DNA of 17,535 nucleotides from Oligoflexales bacterium (GTDB lineage Bacteria; Bdellovibrionota_B; Oligoflexia; Oligoflexales; Bog-1112): NCBI GenBank assembly GCA_045106415.1, contig JBGCEP010000011.1, positions 1 to 17,535 of the forward strand, read 5' to 3'. Shown piece by piece: positions 15,464 to 17,535 of this stretch (position 1 is its first letter; each line of letters starts with the position of its first letter). The notes under the pieces were generated by a model. It saw only the letters and a program-made list of their open reading frames with translations, ran no database searches and was not told where the DNA came from. The position numbers and the translations under genes were made by a program.

Positions 15464-16567
15464 TTAAATAGATTGTACTGTGACTATGCAAAAAACAAAA
15501 ACAACAAGAGAAGGATTTGCAGCATATATAGCTCTAGAAATCTCATCTTGACTATCTTCATATTCACCAATACCTTTTAGTACTTGTTCTTTCTCACAAG
15601 ACTCATCACCCCATCCTGCTTGATCTTTAAAAAGACACCACTCATGAGTTGTGTAAGCTTTACCATCTTCGACCCATAAAAGTGGTCTTCCTTGATCCCA
15701 AGTTCCGATAATAGGCCCTGAATCTCTATCTAAAAATAAATTCCAATAAGTATACCACTGCGCACCATTCTTTTTGAAAGCTTGTATTTTTGCTTGATGC
15801 CAATCGTACGAACCTTCACTATCACGTGAAGAGGAAATCTCTGTATGAAAGACTCTAAGCCCTCGGTCTGACAATGCACGTATTGCTTCAGGATCCCCTT
15901 CATAGTGATGAAAAGCATATCCATAAACTAAGGACCCAACTTTTGAATCAGCAACTTCCAAACAATAGCGAATTCCTTTTGATACTGGGTTGTGATCATA
16001 AGCCAAAATTCGAGTCTCTGAATCAAGTTTTGTATAGGCTTCAATTAAAGCAACAGCTTTCCCTGCCGGCAGCAACATTGTAGGGTAATCTTCTGAGAAA
16101 TGAAGCGGTTCATTCTGCATAGATAAGTAATGAATCACAATACCTGATCTCTTATAAAAACTTATGAAATCGTAAAGAACCTTTGCATATTCATGGGTCA
16201 TTTCTCTTTTTAATTCATGCTTATAATGGCTTTGAGCTGGTTCGACAAAGCGCTTTGGGGCACTCCAAGGAGTTGCCATAAAAGTGAGGTTTGAGCGTAA
16301 AGCAAGAACTCTTTTTAAAAAAGGTATTTTCTCTTCAACATCAAAAGAGTGATCTGTTTCAAAATCATAATAATACGGAGAAAAATCTGACGGCCCCACA
16401 CTCAATCGAATCACATCCAAAGGTTGCAGCGCAGCCCTCAATTCTCTATCAGACAAATCAGACCCCACTGAAATAGCAGAATCAGTAAGAGATCCTCCTA
16501 ATTTAAAAGGAACTTGAGATGCACAAATTGTGTTCAATAAAGAACAAAAAAGAAGAGACGCCACCAT
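15464..16567 (-). CDS. Glycoside hydrolase family 30 (glucosylceramidase/beta-1,6-glucanase-like), shortened, with signal peptide and hydrophobic C-terminal tail
   Basis: GGSLTDSA, ATPWSAP, MQNEP (acid/base Glu), YPTM, ILAYDHN, AFHHYEG, HTE (nucleophile Glu) and YWNLFLD..SGP. Confidence 0.88.
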   Translation of the reverse strand: MVASLLFCSLLNTICASQVPFKLGGSLTDSAISVGSDLSDRELRAALQPLDVIRLSVGPSDFSPYYYDFETDHSFDVEEKIPFLKRVLALRSNLTFMATPWSAPKRFVEPAQSHYKHELKREMTHEYAKVLYDFISFYKRSGIVIHYLSMQNEPLHFSEDYPTMLLPAGKAVALIEAYTKLDSETRILAYDHNPVSKGIRYCLEVADSKVGSLVYGYAFHHYEGDPEAIRALSDRGLRVFHTEISSSRDSEGSYDWHQAKIQAFKKNGAQWYTYWNLFLDRDSGPIIGTWDQGRPLLWVEDGKAYTTHEWCLFKDQAGWGDESCEKEQVLKGIGEYEDSQDEISRAIYAANPSLVVFVFCIVTVQSI

Positions 16568-16768
16568 AAAATATCCTGCTGCAGACCTAAATCAGCAGCA
16601 CTTATACATCATCTCTATGCTGAAGAATATTTTTTTTTTGAAATAAACACAAAGCCAAACAAAAACAAATGCATAAGAATCAAAATACACATCCTGCAAT
16701 ATTTCATAATTATCTTATGACTGTTTCTATTTTACAAAAGAAACCTTTTCAAACGCACTTTAAATGCG

Positions 16769-16858
16769 TCACATCTCTGAAGAGCTCAAAATCAAGAAAT
16801 ACCCAATAGTTGCAATAATATAGACAATAAAACCACCGCCAATCACAAACCAATCCAT
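16769..16858 (-). CDS. Putative small single-TM protein (29 aa)
   Basis: MDWFVIGGGFIVYIIATIGYFLILSSSEM*, with AAGAGG 6 nt upstream of the ATG. It is below the ORF-track length cutoff. Confidence 0.5.
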   Translation of the reverse strand: MDWFVIGGGFIVYIIATIGYFLILSSSEM

Positions 16859-16967
16859 AAAAAACCTCTTAAAACAACAAGATACCTTTTAACCCTATCA
16901 CTCCAACGCTTCAGCCTCAACATCAAGTCTTTACTAGAGAATCCAATAGAGTGAGAGGGAGTTTTAT

Positions 16968-17123
16968 ATGTTACAGCAAGCCGAAGGTTTTATAAAAACA
17001 GTCCTCTGGGGCATGGGAATTCAAGACCTAGCGTTTCCACTGGGGATCATTATTTGGTTTGCCATCCTTTCTCTTCCTATTCATGATCTTGACTGCGAAG
17101 ACACAATGACAAAAGCTCTGTAA
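16968..17123 (+). CDS. Putative 51-aa membrane peptide or gene fragment (weakly like an ABC-2 permease C-terminus)
   Basis: MLQQAEGFIKTVLWGMGIQDLAFPLGIIIWFAILSLPIHDLDCEDTMTKAL*, with a GAGGGAG RBS at 16955-16961. Confidence 0.35.
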   Translation: MLQQAEGFIKTVLWGMGIQDLAFPLGIIIWFAILSLPIHDLDCEDTMTKAL

Positions 17124-17209
17124 TCAGCTTTTATCGGGACCTCTGGCATTGCGTTCGTTTAAGAACAATCCGCTACAACAGGCTGGGAGACACTGGCAGC
17201 AGCGTTGTT

Positions 17210-17535
17210 GAGTTATTGTCAAATCTTGTGGATCATAAAGTTTAAGCAGCCTTCACCCTGATTCCGTCTTCAAAGTAAAAATTAAGATCAATCACACCAG
17301 CTAGCTGTTCATAGCCTCGAAGTTTTCTCCAGCGTTTCTCAGCACATTGAACCAGTTTGAATACCATCATGACTGTTGCTCTTTCAGAACCACCTCCTTT
17401 TGTTCTCTTACTTCGCAATCGAACGGTTGCAAAGGTTGACTCTATGGGATTACTGGTCCTGATATGTTGCCAATGCGTAGCAGGATAATTGTAAAAAGTA
17501 AGAAGCCTTTCACGATTTTTCATTAGGCTATTAAC
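17210..17535 (-). mobile_element. IS256-family insertion sequence, right end (continues beyond the window)
   Basis: The transposase C-terminus is followed by a probable terminal IR reading GAGTTATTGTCAAATCTTGTGG from 17210 on the + strand. Confidence 0.85.
17242..17535 (-). CDS. IS256-family (Mutator-type DDE) transposase, C-terminal part
   Basis: LLTFYNYPATHWQHIRTSNPIESTFATVRLR...KG.GS......MVFKL...AEKRWRKLRG. The frame stays open to the window end (VNSL-MKNRE). Confidence 0.93.
   Translation of the reverse strand, partial: VNSLMKNRERLLTFYNYPATHWQHIRTSNPIESTFATVRLRSKRTKGGGSERATVMMVFKLVQCAEKRWRKLRGYEQLAGVIDLNFYFEDGIRVKAA

Noticed and set aside
87..16476. Numerous short alternative-frame and antisense ORFs in the track (e.g. 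1430..1747, 5063..5374, 6744..7136, 13095..13454)
   Set aside because: They lie within or overlap well-supported genes and have no motifs, so they are treated as shadow ORFs.
1..17535. CRISPR arrays, tRNA/rRNA genes or SRP RNA (ffs) near ffh
   Set aside because: No spaced repeats or recognisable structural-RNA signatures were seen by eye. A covariance-model scan would be needed to exclude small RNAs.

Overview
Bacterial chromosomal window with two halves. The Ffh insert and the DUF1592/DUF1552 pair suggest a Bdellovibrionota (Oligoflexia)/Myxococcota-like organism, which is inference only. The left half (1-10772) holds a 5'-truncated hypothetical gene, a RidA-family gene, an orphan T4 gp19/CIS-tube-like gene with an N-terminal hydrophobic helix overlapping a Cys-rich lipoprotein gene, a stand-alone receiver protein, a DUF1592-type CxxCH lipoprotein (with an inserted CBM-like module) plus a Tat-exported DUF1552 protein, a divergent lipoprotein, and ffh-miaB with a terminator. 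The right half (about 10780-17535) looks more AT-rich and accessory. It holds a PIG-L deacetylase-processive GT2 operon with an (ATTTA)5 repeat upstream, a signal-peptide-bearing RING-H2 protein, an IS630 remnant, a shortened GH30 with a hydrophobic C-terminal tail, two small membrane ORFs and the right end of an IS256-family element. The best candidates for new biology are the membrane-anchored, loop-shortened tail-tube homologue with its lipoprotein partner, and the cluster of exported proteins that look eukaryote-directed. All family calls come from motif recognition by eye; no searches were run.
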